DNA of 64,000 bases from Raja brachyura (taxonomy: Eukaryota). Below, one piece after another: positions 34,490 through 47,167 of this stretch. Positions within the stretch are counted from its first letter, which is position 1. The number at the start of each line of letters is the position of its first letter. The position numbers and the translations under genes are program-made. The notes under the pieces were generated by a model, which worked only from the letters and a program-made list of their open reading frames with translations, did no database searches and was not told where the DNA came from. The DNA lies in NCBI GenBank assembly GCA_963514005.1, contig OY740804.1, forward strand, positions 2,232,001 to 2,296,000, written 5' to 3'.

Positions 34490-37400
34490 CTGTGTCACTC
34501 ATGTTATGAGATACTTTGTATCTACGCTCACTAGTTTAACACAAAGCTTCTCATCCCTTTCTCCCTCAGTTTTGTGTTACATATTAAGATGAAGTTACCT
34601 ATGCTGTAATGCTAATAAAGTATTTGGATTTTAATCACTGTGTGTGACCTAAGTTATCCCAACAGCAGAAGCTCGACATGGTGTCAGAGTGTACGGACTC
34701 ACTCCTTGCTTAATTATATTGCTTTTATTTTAGTTTGTTGTTTGTTGTTTTCTCCGGTATATATTACTATGGCCTCTGCTCTCAGAAAACCAGAGATCCC
34801 GTGCAACACCACAAAGACCTTGCAGAACGATGGTGTATATTTGAAGAAGATTTCTAAATTTACATTGAAGCGGCTCAACTTACTGCTGCTCCAGGTGTTC
34901 GAGCATCAATTCTTCTTAATCTAGCAGGCACAGAAGCTGCTCGATGTGCCAGAAGATTTTATTATGAACTAGCTAGGTTTGACCCAGCTAATGTCCAGAT
35001 CGCTCCCGCTGAGTCTTTCTGTGACCCTGACTGCCTACTACGCAAATTCCGACAGTTATGTGAGTTACGCACTAACCTGGTCATGGAGAGGCATTTGTTC
35101 TTTTCTCGAATCCAGAGACAGGGTGAACCAATGGAGATGTATGTCAGTGCCTTGAAGCACGTTGCCAATCGATGCGATTTCAGGGATATATGTGATAGAC
35201 TAGTCCGTGACCGTTTGGTCTATGGTGTCCGCTATGATAAATTATGTGATGAGTTACTGCGGGATGCTGAGCTTACCCTAGAGACTGCTGAAAACCACTG
35301 TCGCATCGCTGAATTGGCTAATGCTCATACAAACGTTTTAGGGCACTCTGCTGGTCGTGAAATTAATGTTGCCGTTCTCCTCAAGTGCCCGACAACTCTA
35401 TCGTGAGACTAATAGACAATTGTTTTAACTGTAGGGGTTCGCATGCTGCTGCTCGTGACCGTTGCCCTGCGCATGGAAAATTATGTTGATTCTGTAACAA
35501 AAGGAATAATTTCTTCAAATGCTGCCGCTTGCAAAGCAACAGAGTTCAAACAAGGCAATCTGTTAATTCACTTGGCCATGAGAACTTGCTCTTGGAACGC
35601 TCTCAACCAACTCCCACAGATAATCAGGCTGCTAGCGAAGGTTTTGACTTGGATGTGCATTCCCGTCAGACTCAATACACAAACAACTAGATCCCAAGGT
35701 CGCTTTGCTCATTAATGGCAAGAACCTTTATCTGAAAGTTGACACAGGGGCCAGATGTAATGTGATCTGTCTAGCTGTGTCGAAAAAGTTACGAAAAACA
35801 GAGACTGTCACACCTACGGCTGCCTCCCTTCTCCCATTTGCAGGAGGTCCAGTGTACCCTATAGGTCAAGTTGAGTTACGCTGCTGTCTTAACTCACGTG
35901 TCCACAACCTGAGTTTCCATGTTGTTCGTGAGGATGTGCCGACGTCTCTGCTGGGTGCCAACGTATGTCAAGACATGGGTCTTATCTCTTTCAGCCCTTC
36001 TGTTTATCATCTGACTCCAACCTGTGACTTTAGCCAACAAATCTGACACAAAATAAAACGTTTTTTGATGACAAGCTAGACAGGTTGCCTGTTAAGTACA
36101 CAATTACCATTAACCCTGAGATCATCCCAGTTGCCGAACAGCACACAAGATTCCCCATGCTATGTGGGACCACGTTCAAAATGAACTCAACAGAATGGTG
36201 TCTCTAGGTGTGATTGCTCCCGTCGCTGACCCCTCGGATTGGTTGTGGCAACGAAGAAGAATAAATATGAAATACAGATTTGTGTGAACCCTAAGGACTT
36301 AAAGCCATTAAATGACCTCACTATCCCATGCGCACTGTGGACAAGATTGCAGCGCAGATGGCTGAAGCAACTGGAGATGCCAAGAGTTCATTCTGGCAGA
36401 TCTCGCTGGAACACAACTCCTCCAAGTTAACCACCTTCAGCACACTGTTCAGGCAATACAGATTACTTTGCATGACTTTTGGCATAAGCTCTGCCAGTGA
36501 ATATTTCAACGAGCTATGGAGCAGTTTGCGGGTTACCCATGCTCCATTGTAGTGGATGACATCCTTGTTGCTGGACAAACTGTTGAAGAACACAATGCTA
36601 ATCTGACAAAGGTCTTGGATCGCGCTAAGGCCATTAACCTCAAGCAAAACCCAGGGTAAGTCAGGTGAAATGCATAGGCCATATGTTCACTAAGGACGGC
36701 CTAAAAACGGATCCGGTGAAAACCAGTGCCATCAACGAGCTCCCAGCACCCACACACGTGCTTGGTCTACAAAGATTCCTTGGCATCGTGAACTACTTGA
36801 GAAAATCTATTCTGGACTTCAGTGAAATATCAGCCCCATTGCGCTGTGGTCCCTGCTTTGCTGCACAGCAAGTATATTGACGCTGTCCATGTCGGGCACC
36901 CAGGCGCTGAAGCCACCATCCTACGGGCAAGAAACATGTTTTACAGGCCTGGCATGGCCGAATACATCACCGAGAATGTGACCTCCTGTGCAGTGTGTAA
37001 CAGCTTGGCACCTCATCAACAAAAGCAACCACTTCTTTCACATCCGGCTCCTGCTCTCCCGTGGTCTACAGTGGCAACTGACATATTTGAATGGCATGGC
37101 AAGCAGTACCTGGTACTTGTCAATTTGTATTCTGGATGGTTTGACATTGATTTTCTTAGCAGCCCCACTTCTCGCGGGGTAGTTTCGAAACTAGCTCGCC
37201 ATTTTGCAGACCACAGAGCTCCGTGCATACTGCTGTCTGATAATGGCAGTCAATTTACCAGCCAACACTTCAAGGAGTTTGCTGCATGTTGGGGTTTTTG
37301 CAACATCACCAGCAGCCTTGAATATCCACAGTCGAATGGACCAGCTGAGTGGGCCGTCAAGAGTACCAAACAGCTCATGGAATGATCGTACAGAGCTAAT

Positions 37401-38309
37401 TCTGACTCCCACTACCCCGTTTTGGGTTCACCAGCTCAACGTTTATTCTCGAGGCAGACCCGAGCCACGGTGCCTGTGGCGGATCAGGCATTGATCCCAC
37501 AGGTGGTTCCACCATCGGAGGTCCAGTCCAGGTTACAAAAAAAGCGTGACATTCAAAAACAGTGGTATGACAAGACAAGTAGACCACTGCCACCGTTTTC
37601 CAAGGGGCAGGTGGTTCATTTGCAGACTGACAATGGCCGTATCTGTGTAATTTCTGGAACAGCTTCTGAGCCACGCTCATATCTGGTCAGTGCCGATGGC
37701 AGCACCTACAGGCATATCAGACAAAATATCCTGCCAGTGAATGAGCCGATTCCACAACCGTACAAGTGTACTTCTGTCTGTTTCTGGCATTGATCCGCCT
37801 ACACCAGCACAACAACCCACTTCGGGAGCGGCTGCTTTGCCGGTGCCGACACCCCCTCCGCCTGTGCTGAAGTCCCCTGTTTCATCACCGGGAATGCTGG
37901 TTCAATCTCTGTCACCCGTGAAGCCACCGGCTCTGTCCGTGGTTGGGAAAAACGGAAATGGTTTTTATCGCACACAAGCTGTCATGTTTGCAAGCCCACC
38001 GTGAAGTACCCGGGCTACGTTTGACTTTCCCCCAGCTTATTATCAATTGCTATCCATGCCTTATTTAGTCAATGGTTTTGTACTGACATTTAATTTTTTT
38101 AAGAGGGAGGATGTAGATCAGTGTCACTCGTGTTATGAGTCATACTTTGTAGCTACGCCCACTAGTTTAACAGAAAGCTTCTCAGCCCTTTCTCCCTCAA
38201 TCTTGAGTTACGTATTAAGATGAAGTTACCTACGCTGTAACGCTAATAAAGTATTTGTATCTTAATCACTGTGTGTGATCTAAGATATTCTAACAGCAGA
38301 AGCTCGACA
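34490..38309 (+). mobile_element. Decayed Gypsy LTR retrotransposon, unit-2 copy
   Basis: Same site and structure; LTRs ~34490-34678 and 38112-38309. Confidence 0.93.
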
Positions 38310-40378
38310 TTCCCTGGAGGACATTTGCTGTGAAGGACTCAGTGTTCTGGGATAGAAACTGTAGCCGGTAGGGCATTGTGATGATCACCAGGGGCGCCGG
38401 GGAGATGGCAGCCCTGCCTGCAGTCTGTTCATTTTTTCATCTTTTTGTTATTTTTTTGTATTTGTTAAAAGTTTGAATAATGTACCTTGGTTTGTTTTAT
38501 GTGGGGGGAGGGGGGATCGGGGGAAACTTTTTTTCAGGTTGTTACCTTCCTGGAGATGTGAGCCATAGCTGGAGCTGGAAGCCGCCTCGAACTGTCGTAA
38601 GTCCCACCGCGGAGAGCGGACTTAACATCGGAGCGGATCCCTTACCTGGGATCGCTCCCACCGCGGCCTGCGGACTTACCATCATGGATTCGCAGTCTCG
38701 GGAGAGGCAAGTCGGGAGCTCCAATGCCACAGAAGGTTCGACCAGCCCCGACACGAGATTGGATCGCTCGGCGCGGGGGAGCTGAACGCGTCTACGCGGG
38801 TGGCCCAAACGCCACCGGCTACAGGATTCAAGATCATCCCGTCAACGGAGGGCTCGAGGCCCACGACCGAGGGAGAACAAAAGGGAAGGACTTGAACTTT
38901 ATTTCGCCTTCCATCACAGTGAGGGATGTGTAGCAGTCACTGTGGTGGATGTTCATTTTAAAATGTGTTTTTAAGTCTGTTGCTTTTAATTGTATGACTG
39001 ACCTGGCCAGTGAAATTCCTCGCATGTTGCAAAACATATTTGGCGAATAAAATCTGATTCTGATTCTTCTGATTCTGATAACTGCCTAACTGACAGTGTA
39101 GATTTGAAGAAATCCAACTTTTAAATGTAACTTTAAAACATTTAAATATCCCCCTCTGCGTCCCTCTCCTTACAACAATATACAAACACTTTCATAGCTT
39201 GTGTATTGACAGCAGAGATCCCATTGTTAAGTCATTTTCAGTTTTTGGAATGTTCACGGCAGCTTATGTAATTAAGATCCCATTGTGATTGGACAACTGT
39301 GGGATGCCATTGTGACATCGCTGGAAGAGTCTCCCTCTCAAAGGCAGTTATTATTCTCAAAATAAGAATCTGCAAAATCTGCAAAATCTTCTAATCTTCT
39401 AAGAATCTGCAAAATCCCGGAGACAATCATTCCCATCACCCATTCCCCAAACGTAACCCATTCGACCAACGCAATATTCCACCACTCACCCATAGCCCCC
39501 AACTGCGCAAGTGCGGCTCATTGCCCCTCATCCCCAACACTTCCTGCCCCTCCCTCTTCTCTCCCCTCACCTCCTCCCCTCCTCCACTCCTCTTTCACCG
39601 CTCCCTCCTGCTCCTTTCCCCTACCCTCAGCCCCTCCCTACCCTCAGTCAGTCCCTCACACCCCCCATAACTCCTCTCCCCTCCCTACCCTCCTGACCCA
39701 TTGGGCTTTGTCTCCCAAACTCTACTGCTGCGCCACCGTGACCACCTATTTATTAAATGTTATCTATGGGTATGGTGTTTCCAAGCCTATTCTGCTGCTG
39801 CAGGTAACCATTTAATTGTTCCATTGCCGGTACATACGACAATTAAACAATCTTGACTGTAGACTCTTGACACCTGAGACCATGTGATTCACCTAACTTC
39901 ACTGACAAACTTCCTCTCTTGCTCGGTTCTGTTGAAGGATTTTCATTCTGAATTGTTGCCTCTGTTGCTCCACCACAGATGCTGCCTGACCCACTGTGTG
40001 TCTCCCACATTCCCCTTTATTTTTGTTCCTGTTCTCAACATCTGCAGACTCCTGATTTTCCACATGTTCTTCCGTCCCTGTATGGTCATGACCAATAATG
40101 GACACAGCTCATAGAACACGGTGATGTTGCCCGTAGTGAGCAGGAGTTGCACAAAGTTCACACCCAACTCAAAGCTGGCGCACAAAGAATCACTCACACC
40201 GGCCTTCTTCAGGGCAGGCAGAAGAGAGTTTATTTCCATTAAAGTCCATTTACAGGGTCAGTTCTCCTCACTGCATGCGATCCGAAGGGCATGTTTCCCT
40301 GCTTTAACTCTGAACTAAACTAAACTAAACTAAACTAAACTAAACTTTGCAAGGGCCCTGCTGAATCAGTGGGAGGTT

Positions 40379-40912
40379 TCACTGGATTGTCAGCCGGGCC
40401 AATTCTTCACATTCCCTATCACGAAAGGTGGTCCAGACACAGGAATATGTCCCCTCATCTTTCTCTTTTACACCTGTCAGGAGCAATGAGCCGTCAAATT
40501 CAGGAAAGGGATCTCGATGCATGAACTCCCAGCGGACATCATGGCCCTGATATAGGTAAGGTATTCTAGTATGATTCATGGCAATTTCAGCACCATCTTT
40601 TCTCCATTTAACTACTCTGAGAGATTCGTAATCTTTGGATACTTTACAGGGCAGCGTAATAGAACCACCCAGAGATGCAACGAGCACCTTCATGTTAATC
40701 GATGATAGGTGATGACTGTATGTATCAGAATCTGTCTCGTTCGTGCATCTTGAAATCTGTTTAACGTTGACTTGCCGAGGAGCCCGTGCGTTCCACCCGG
40801 GCAAGTTTGCTTCCTCTCCCCATTCTCTGGCGATCGGACCTGTTCCAGTTCCGGAGACTTGCCACACCATCTCCACAAGGACCATGAATCCTATCCGTCT
40901 CTGCAGTCCCAT
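40379..40912 (-). CDS. Ig V-type paralogue 1, unit-2 copy (177 aa)
   Basis: Translation identical to 11294-11827; AATAAA 40229-40234 (minus). Confidence 0.88.
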   Translation of the reverse strand: MGLQRRIGFMVLVEMVWQVSGTGTGPIAREWGEEANLPGWNARAPRQVNVKQISRCTNETDSDTYSHHLSSINMKVLVASLGGSITLPCKVSKDYESLRVVKWRKDGAEIAMNHTRIPYLYQGHDVRWEFMHRDPFPEFDGSLLLTGVKEKDEGTYSCVWTTFRDRECEELARLTIQ

Positions 40913-42165
40913 GTTCCTGTGGGTTAAACAACCTTATTGCAACTCAGTAGGATTCATGATGACATTCTCTGAACCCGCCCAGAGTTGGGGAATCGAGAAC
41001 CAGAGGACATCTGTTTAAGGTGAGGGGGGGAAAGATTTAATGGGAAACTGAGGGGTGACTGTTTTACACAAAGGGTGGAGGGTGTTTGGAACGAGCTGCC
41101 GGAAGATGTAGTTGAGGCAGGTACTATCACAATGATTAAGAAACAGTTAGACAGGTACATTGATAGGGCAGGATTAGAGGGGTAAGGGCCAAACGCAGGC
41201 AGGTGGGTCTAGTTTTGATGGGGCAAGTTGGTGGGCGCGGGCAAGTTGGTGGGCGCGGGCAAGTTGGGCCGAAGGTCTCGCTGTATGACTCTATGACTCC
41301 ATCACTTGTCCCACCCCGGTCATTCCTCCTTCTCCCTGGTCCTGTCTAGCAGAAGGTACAGAAGCTTGAAAGCGCGCACCACCAGACTCAGGAACAGCTT
41401 CTTCCCCTCTGTTATCAGGCTTCTGAACTGGGGGAACAGTGAACAGAGACAATCCCACCCCCATCACTCACAGACACTTGAAGGATCCACAGGGTGGCTA
41501 CCAGCTCCTTTTATACCTACTGCCGGCTTCTCCTGACCTTCATTGCCTGCGCTCCCGTACATTCAACCAATCACTGCCTCCCACGGAGCATTGGCGGGAG
41601 CCAGCCGCGACCTCTCCACCCTCTGCCAACTGTGTCCTTGCATCAGCCGTTAACGTTTAACAAGACCAACGTCATCCCAGCTGCCAGCGGCCAACCAGGC
41701 GCCCCACACATCCTGCTTGTGTCTCCACCACGTCTCGCTCTGGCCAACCATCGCAGTTGAGGCAGAAACTATCCCAAGGTTTAAGAAACAGTTAGACAGG
41801 AACAGGTATAGGTTAGATTTGGGGTACACGAAGAAGGGTCTCGGCCCGAAACGTTGCCTATCTCCTTCGCTCCATAGATGCTGCTGCACCCGCTGAGTTT
41901 CTCCAGCATTTTGTGTACTCTCGATTTTCCAGCATCTGCAGTTCCTTCTTAAACACATAGGTTATTGGATGAGTATGGACCAAACATGGACAGATGGGAC
42001 TAGTGTAGCTGGGACATGTTGGCCAGTGTGGGCAAGTTGGGCTGAAGGGCCTGTTTCCACACTGTATCACCCTGTGACTATTACACTATGACATTAAATA
42101 AATAATGTTTATAAAATGAAACTCCACATAAATCTCATCTTCTCCTCTGGTTGTATACACAACAC

Positions 42166-43357
42166 TCATTGACTGCAGCAGATAAAATGAATGTCACACT
42201 GGTGGTACCAGGGCACCTCTGGAAAATTTTCTTCTCAAGATGTGATTGAGAAGACTATGTAACATGGAACAGTACAGCACAGGATCAGGCCCTTCGGCCC
42301 ACAATGTCCGTGCTGCACATGATGCCAAGTTAATCTAATCTCCTCTGCCTGCATGTGATCCATAATCTCTGTTCCCCGCATATCCATGAGATGTTTTAGA
42401 TAAAGCCTCTATTGTAACTATTGTATCTGCCTCCACCACCCACAGCAGCGGGTTCCAGGCACCCACAACCCTCTGTGCCTCGCGGCTGAGGCTACATTTA
42501 GATCCCAATGTTTAAGAAACAGTGAGTCAGGTACATGGATAGGACAGGTTTGGAGGGATATGTACCAAACTGAATGTTCTCGAGAGAGAGAGTTAGATTT
42601 AGCTCTTAGTGCTAATGCAATCGAGGGATATGGGGAGAAAGCAGGAACGGGGCACTGATTTAGGATGATCAGCCATGATCATTGTTGAATGGCTGTGCTG
42701 GCTCGAAGGGCTGAATGGCCTACTCCTGCACCAATTTTCATTGTTTCTATGTTTCTACACACTCCCAATGAGGGTCGAAACTGGACTCTAATCAGCAGCC
42801 CCAACAGTGCAAGAGGCCAATGTAAGGGAGGCTCAGTGAGGCAGCAGTTGAGCTGTTGCCTTACAGCACTAGAGACCCGGGTTCAATCCTGACTGTGGGT
42901 ACTGTCTGTACGGTGGTTGTACGTTTTCCCTATGACCGTGTGGGTTTCCTCCGGGTGCTACAGTTTCCTGACAGATTTCAAAGATGTGCAGGTTTGTAGG
43001 TTAATTGGCTTCAGTAAATTGTCCCTTGCGTGTAGGTTAGAACTTGTGTACAGGCGATCACTCTAAACAAATCTAAACTAAACTCGTCAACTCGACTCAA
43101 CTCAGCTAAAGGCAACTCCATGACACTTAATTTTGCTGCTCAGACCTGTTAAAATATTCTGGATTGGAACAAGTAGGGGCAGTTCAGTTTGACCTGGGAT
43201 GCAAATAATAATGGTTCCGACTGTTAATGTTGAGGAGGGATTTCAATGCGCTGATCAAAGGATAAACTCCCTCTTTCCATCTTGTTCCACTAAAGTCATC
43301 AACATCTAGAGACCACAACATGGCTCCTCTACAGTTGTTGGTCATCAGCCACTGAGC
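42166..43357 (-). pseudogene. Chitinase relic, unit-2 copy
   Basis: Exon 43219-43357 (AQWLMTNNCRGAMLWSLDVDDF) and CBM14 relic ~42166-42237. Confidence 0.78.
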
Positions 43358-44604
43358 CTGGGGAAAAGGAAGGAAAACCATGACTTGAAAGTGTCTTTTG
43401 TTGATGAGCCTTTTAGGCAATAAAGCACACGGATATAATATGTAAAAAGCAAAATAATTCAATAAATGAGAGAGCACAATACTAGTGTGTAAAGCCAACA
43501 TCCTTAGTGCAACCAAAGACAGTCCATAGACATTCATCGTTGACCTCATTGTCGTGTCGTGTTCTAGTTGTTGGGAAGGAATTATGGATCCAATCACTGC
43601 CTCCCACGGGGCATTGGCTGGAGCCAGCCGCGACCAATCCCAACGCACCGCCGGCTCAGATTGAGTATAAACTGTGAAACCAGCGCAGGTGCCAGGGCTG
43701 TGGTGGTGACGTGGCGTGGCTGGGACATCCAGTCCGAATGTTGGCCGGAGCGAGACGTGGTGGAGACACAAGCAGGATGTGTGGGGCGCCTGGTTGGCCG
43801 CTGGCAGCTGGGATGGCGTTGTTCTTGTTAAACGTTAACGGCTGATGCAAGGACACGTTTGGCAGAGGGTGGAGAGGTCAATGAGGGTCTGGAGACACCG
43901 GGAGAAGGTATAAAAGGGGCGAGCAATGGCAGGAGATGGAAGTAAGACCGGCCTCGTCAGCCTGTGTGGAGACTCCGGAGCTGGTAACCACCCCCTGTGG
44001 ATCCTTCAAGTGTCTGTGAGTGATGGGGGTGGGATTGTCTCTGTTCTCTGTTCCCCAGTTCAGAAGCCTGATAGCAGAGGGGAAGAAGCTGTTCCTGAGT
44101 CTGGTGGTGCGTGCTTTCAAGCTTCTGTACCTTCTGCTAGACAGGACCAGGGAGAAGGAGGAATGACCGGGGTGGGACAAGTCTTTGATTTTTTTGGTTG
44201 TAGATGGAGTCGCTGGTGGGGAGTGTGGTCCGTGTGATGGACTGGGCTCCATCCACAACTCTGCAATTTCTTGTGGTCTTGGGCTCAGAGCTGTTCCCAA
44301 ACCAAACTGTGATGCAACCTGACAGTCTGCTCTCCGTGGTGCATCTGTAGAAGCTTGTGAGAGACATTAGAGACTTGCCGTATTTCCTTGGTCTCCAAGG
44401 AGGTAGATGCATTGGTGTGTCTCCTTGGCTGCCACTTTAATGTTGTTGGTCAACGACAGGTCAAAGCAACTTAAAATAAACCAGGCAGGAGCTGAAGAGG
44501 CTGCACAGCGACATTGCCCAGTGTGGTGGCAGCAGCTTCAGAGAATGTCATCATGAATCCTACTGAGTTGCAATAATGTGACCCATTGTTTCACCCACAG
44601 GAGC

Positions 44605-45114
44605 ATGGGACTGCAGAGATGGATAGGATTCATAGTCCTTGTGGAGATGGTGTGGCAAGTCTCTGGAACTGGAACAGGTCCGATCTCCAGAGAATGGGGA
44701 GAGGAAGCAAACTTGCCCGGGTGGAACGCACGGGTTCCTCGGCAAGTCAACAAACAAGAAACTCCAGAATGCGGTGTTAAGCCAGATTTGACCAAGATGA
44801 CGGAGATGACGGCACGCAAGGGTGGTTCTGCTACGCTACCCTGTGAAGTACCCACAGGGAAGGATGGACCCACGCATTTTGTGGTCACCTGGAGGAAAGG
44901 GAAGGGGACACTGGGCGTGTTTACTAAAGGGAAAGGTCCAATCTATCCAGGGGGTGCCGGCCGCTGGAAGTTCATGAAACCAAACGTGGCTGAGACACGG
45001 GATGCCTCGTTGATCGTCACGGGTTTACGCGAGACTGATGCTGGGATGTATTCCTGTGCTTGGTTCACTAGCCAAGGGGAATGTAGACTAAATGTCAAGC
45101 TGGCAGTGAAGTGA
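44605..45114 (+). CDS. Ig V-type paralogue 2, unit-2 copy (169 aa)
   Basis: ATG 44605 after acceptor; leader, RVPR, V-set motifs; AATAAA 45546-45551. Confidence 0.9.
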   Translation: MGLQRWIGFIVLVEMVWQVSGTGTGPISREWGEEANLPGWNARVPRQVNKQETPECGVKPDLTKMTEMTARKGGSATLPCEVPTGKDGPTHFVVTWRKGKGTLGVFTKGKGPIYPGGAGRWKFMKPNVAETRDASLIVTGLRETDAGMYSCAWFTSQGECRLNVKLAVK

Positions 45115-45845
45115 AACCTCCCACTGATTCAGCACAGACCCCTCCAAGTGTCAGGAGCAACAGGCAGTGGCAGGTCAGCACAAACACAATAACATCCTTC
45201 ATTATAAACTTGACACACTTAGGCCAACAACAGCATTATATATTGTAGTCACTGAATTCATCATGAGGGGAATAGAGGGGTGGACACTAAGCATCTTTTA
45301 CCTGGGGTACGGGAATCAAGAACCAAGGGACATACATTTAAGGTGAGAGGGGCAAGATTTAATAGGAACCTGAGGGGCAATATTTTCACTCATGGGGTGG
45401 TGGGTTTATGGAACTGTCCGGTGGGGCGGGAACAATAACAATATTTAATACACACTTGGTACAGGGAAAGGTTTAGGGGGATATGGGGTGAACGCAGTGC
45501 AATGGGACAGACCCTGCTTGCACGGGTAAATGTACCATTAATGGAAATAAACTCTGTTGAAGACAGCCGGTGGTGTGAGTGATTCTTTGTACGCCAGCAT
45601 TGAAGTTGGGTGTGAACTTTGTTCAACTCTTGCTCACTACGGGCAGCATCGCCGGGTTCTATGAGCTGTGTCCATTATTGGTCATGACCACACGGGGACG
45701 GAACAACATGTGGAAAATCAGGAGTCTGCAGATGTTGCGAACAGGGACAAAAGTAAAGGGGAATGTTTTTCAGGAACAAAACAGGAACAAAAGTAAAGGC
45801 AGATGACACAACAGTAGGCGGGTTTGCAGATAGTGGAGTTGGTTG

Positions 45846-46338
45846 ATTGGCACCAGACTGATTCCTGGGATGTCAGGACTTTCATATGAGGAAAGATTGG
45901 ATAGACTCGGTTTGTACTCGATGGAATTTAGAAGATTGAGGGGGGATCTTATAGAAACCTACAAAATTCTTAAGGGGTTGGACAAGCTAGATGCTGGAAG
46001 ATTGTTCCCGATGTTGGGGGAGTCCAGAACAAGGGGTCGCAGTCTAAGGATAAGGGGGAATTCCTTTAGGACCGAAATGAGGAAAACATTCTTTACACAG
46101 AGAGTGGTGAGTCTCTGGAATTCTCTGCCACAGAAGGTAGTTGAGGCCAGTTCATTGGCTATATTTAAGAGGGCGTTAGATGTGGCACTTGTGGCTAAAG
46201 GGATCAGGGGGTATGGAGAGAAGGCAGGTACGGGATACTGAGTTGGATGATCAGCCATGATCACATTGAATGGCGGTGCAGGCTCGAAGGGCCGAATGGC
46301 CTACTCCTGCACCTATTTTCTATGTTTCTATGTTTCTA
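45846..46338 (+). mobile_element. 5'-truncated CR1 insertion specific to unit 2
   Basis: RLIPGMSGLSYEERL...RVVSLWNSLP, (TTCTATGT)n tail, TSD TGGTTG 45840-45845 and 46339-46344; empty site at ~16723 in unit 1. Confidence 0.88.
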
Positions 46339-47167
46339 TGGTTGTGAAAAATTGCAGCAGGATATTGAAATATTGGCCAAGTGGGCTGAGGAACGGTTGA
46401 TGGAATTTACTACAGAGTAATGTGAGGTGTTGTATTTGGGGGGAGTCCAACATGTGCAGGACCTACACAGTGAATGGCCCGGCTCTGGGGAGTGTTGTAG
46501 AGCAGAGGGATCTATGAGTGAAGGTGCATGGTTCCTTGAAGATGCAGTCGCAGGTGGGTAGGGTGGTCAAAAAGGCTTTTAGCACATTGGCCTTCATCAG
46601 TCAGAGTATTCAGTATGGAGGTTGGGAGGTCATCTTGCAGCTGCAGAAGATTGGTGAGGCCACATTTAGATCCCAATGTTTCATAAACAGTTGGACAGGT
46701 ACATGGATAGGACAGGTTTGGAGGGATATGGAACAAACACAGGCAGGTGAGACTATTGTAGCTGGGGCATGTTGGCCAGTGTGGGCAAGTTGGGCTGAAG
46801 GGCCTGTTTCCACGCTGTATCACTCTGTGACTACTACACTATGACATTAAATAAATAATGATTATAAAATGAAACTCCACATAAATCTCACCTTCTCCTC
46901 TGGCTGTATACACAGCACACTAATTGACTGCAGCAGATACAATGAATGTCACACTGGTGGTACCAGGGCACCTCTGGAAAATGTTCTTCTCAAGATGTGA
47001 TTGAGAAGACGGTGTAACATAGAACATGGAACAGTACAGCCCAGGAACAGGCCCTTCGGCCCCCAATGTCCGTGCTGAACATGATCACCATGGAAAATTG
47101 GTTCTGACTGTCTACCCTATCTGTATCTCATACTTTTATAACTTGTGCAAGAGGCCAATGCAAGGGA

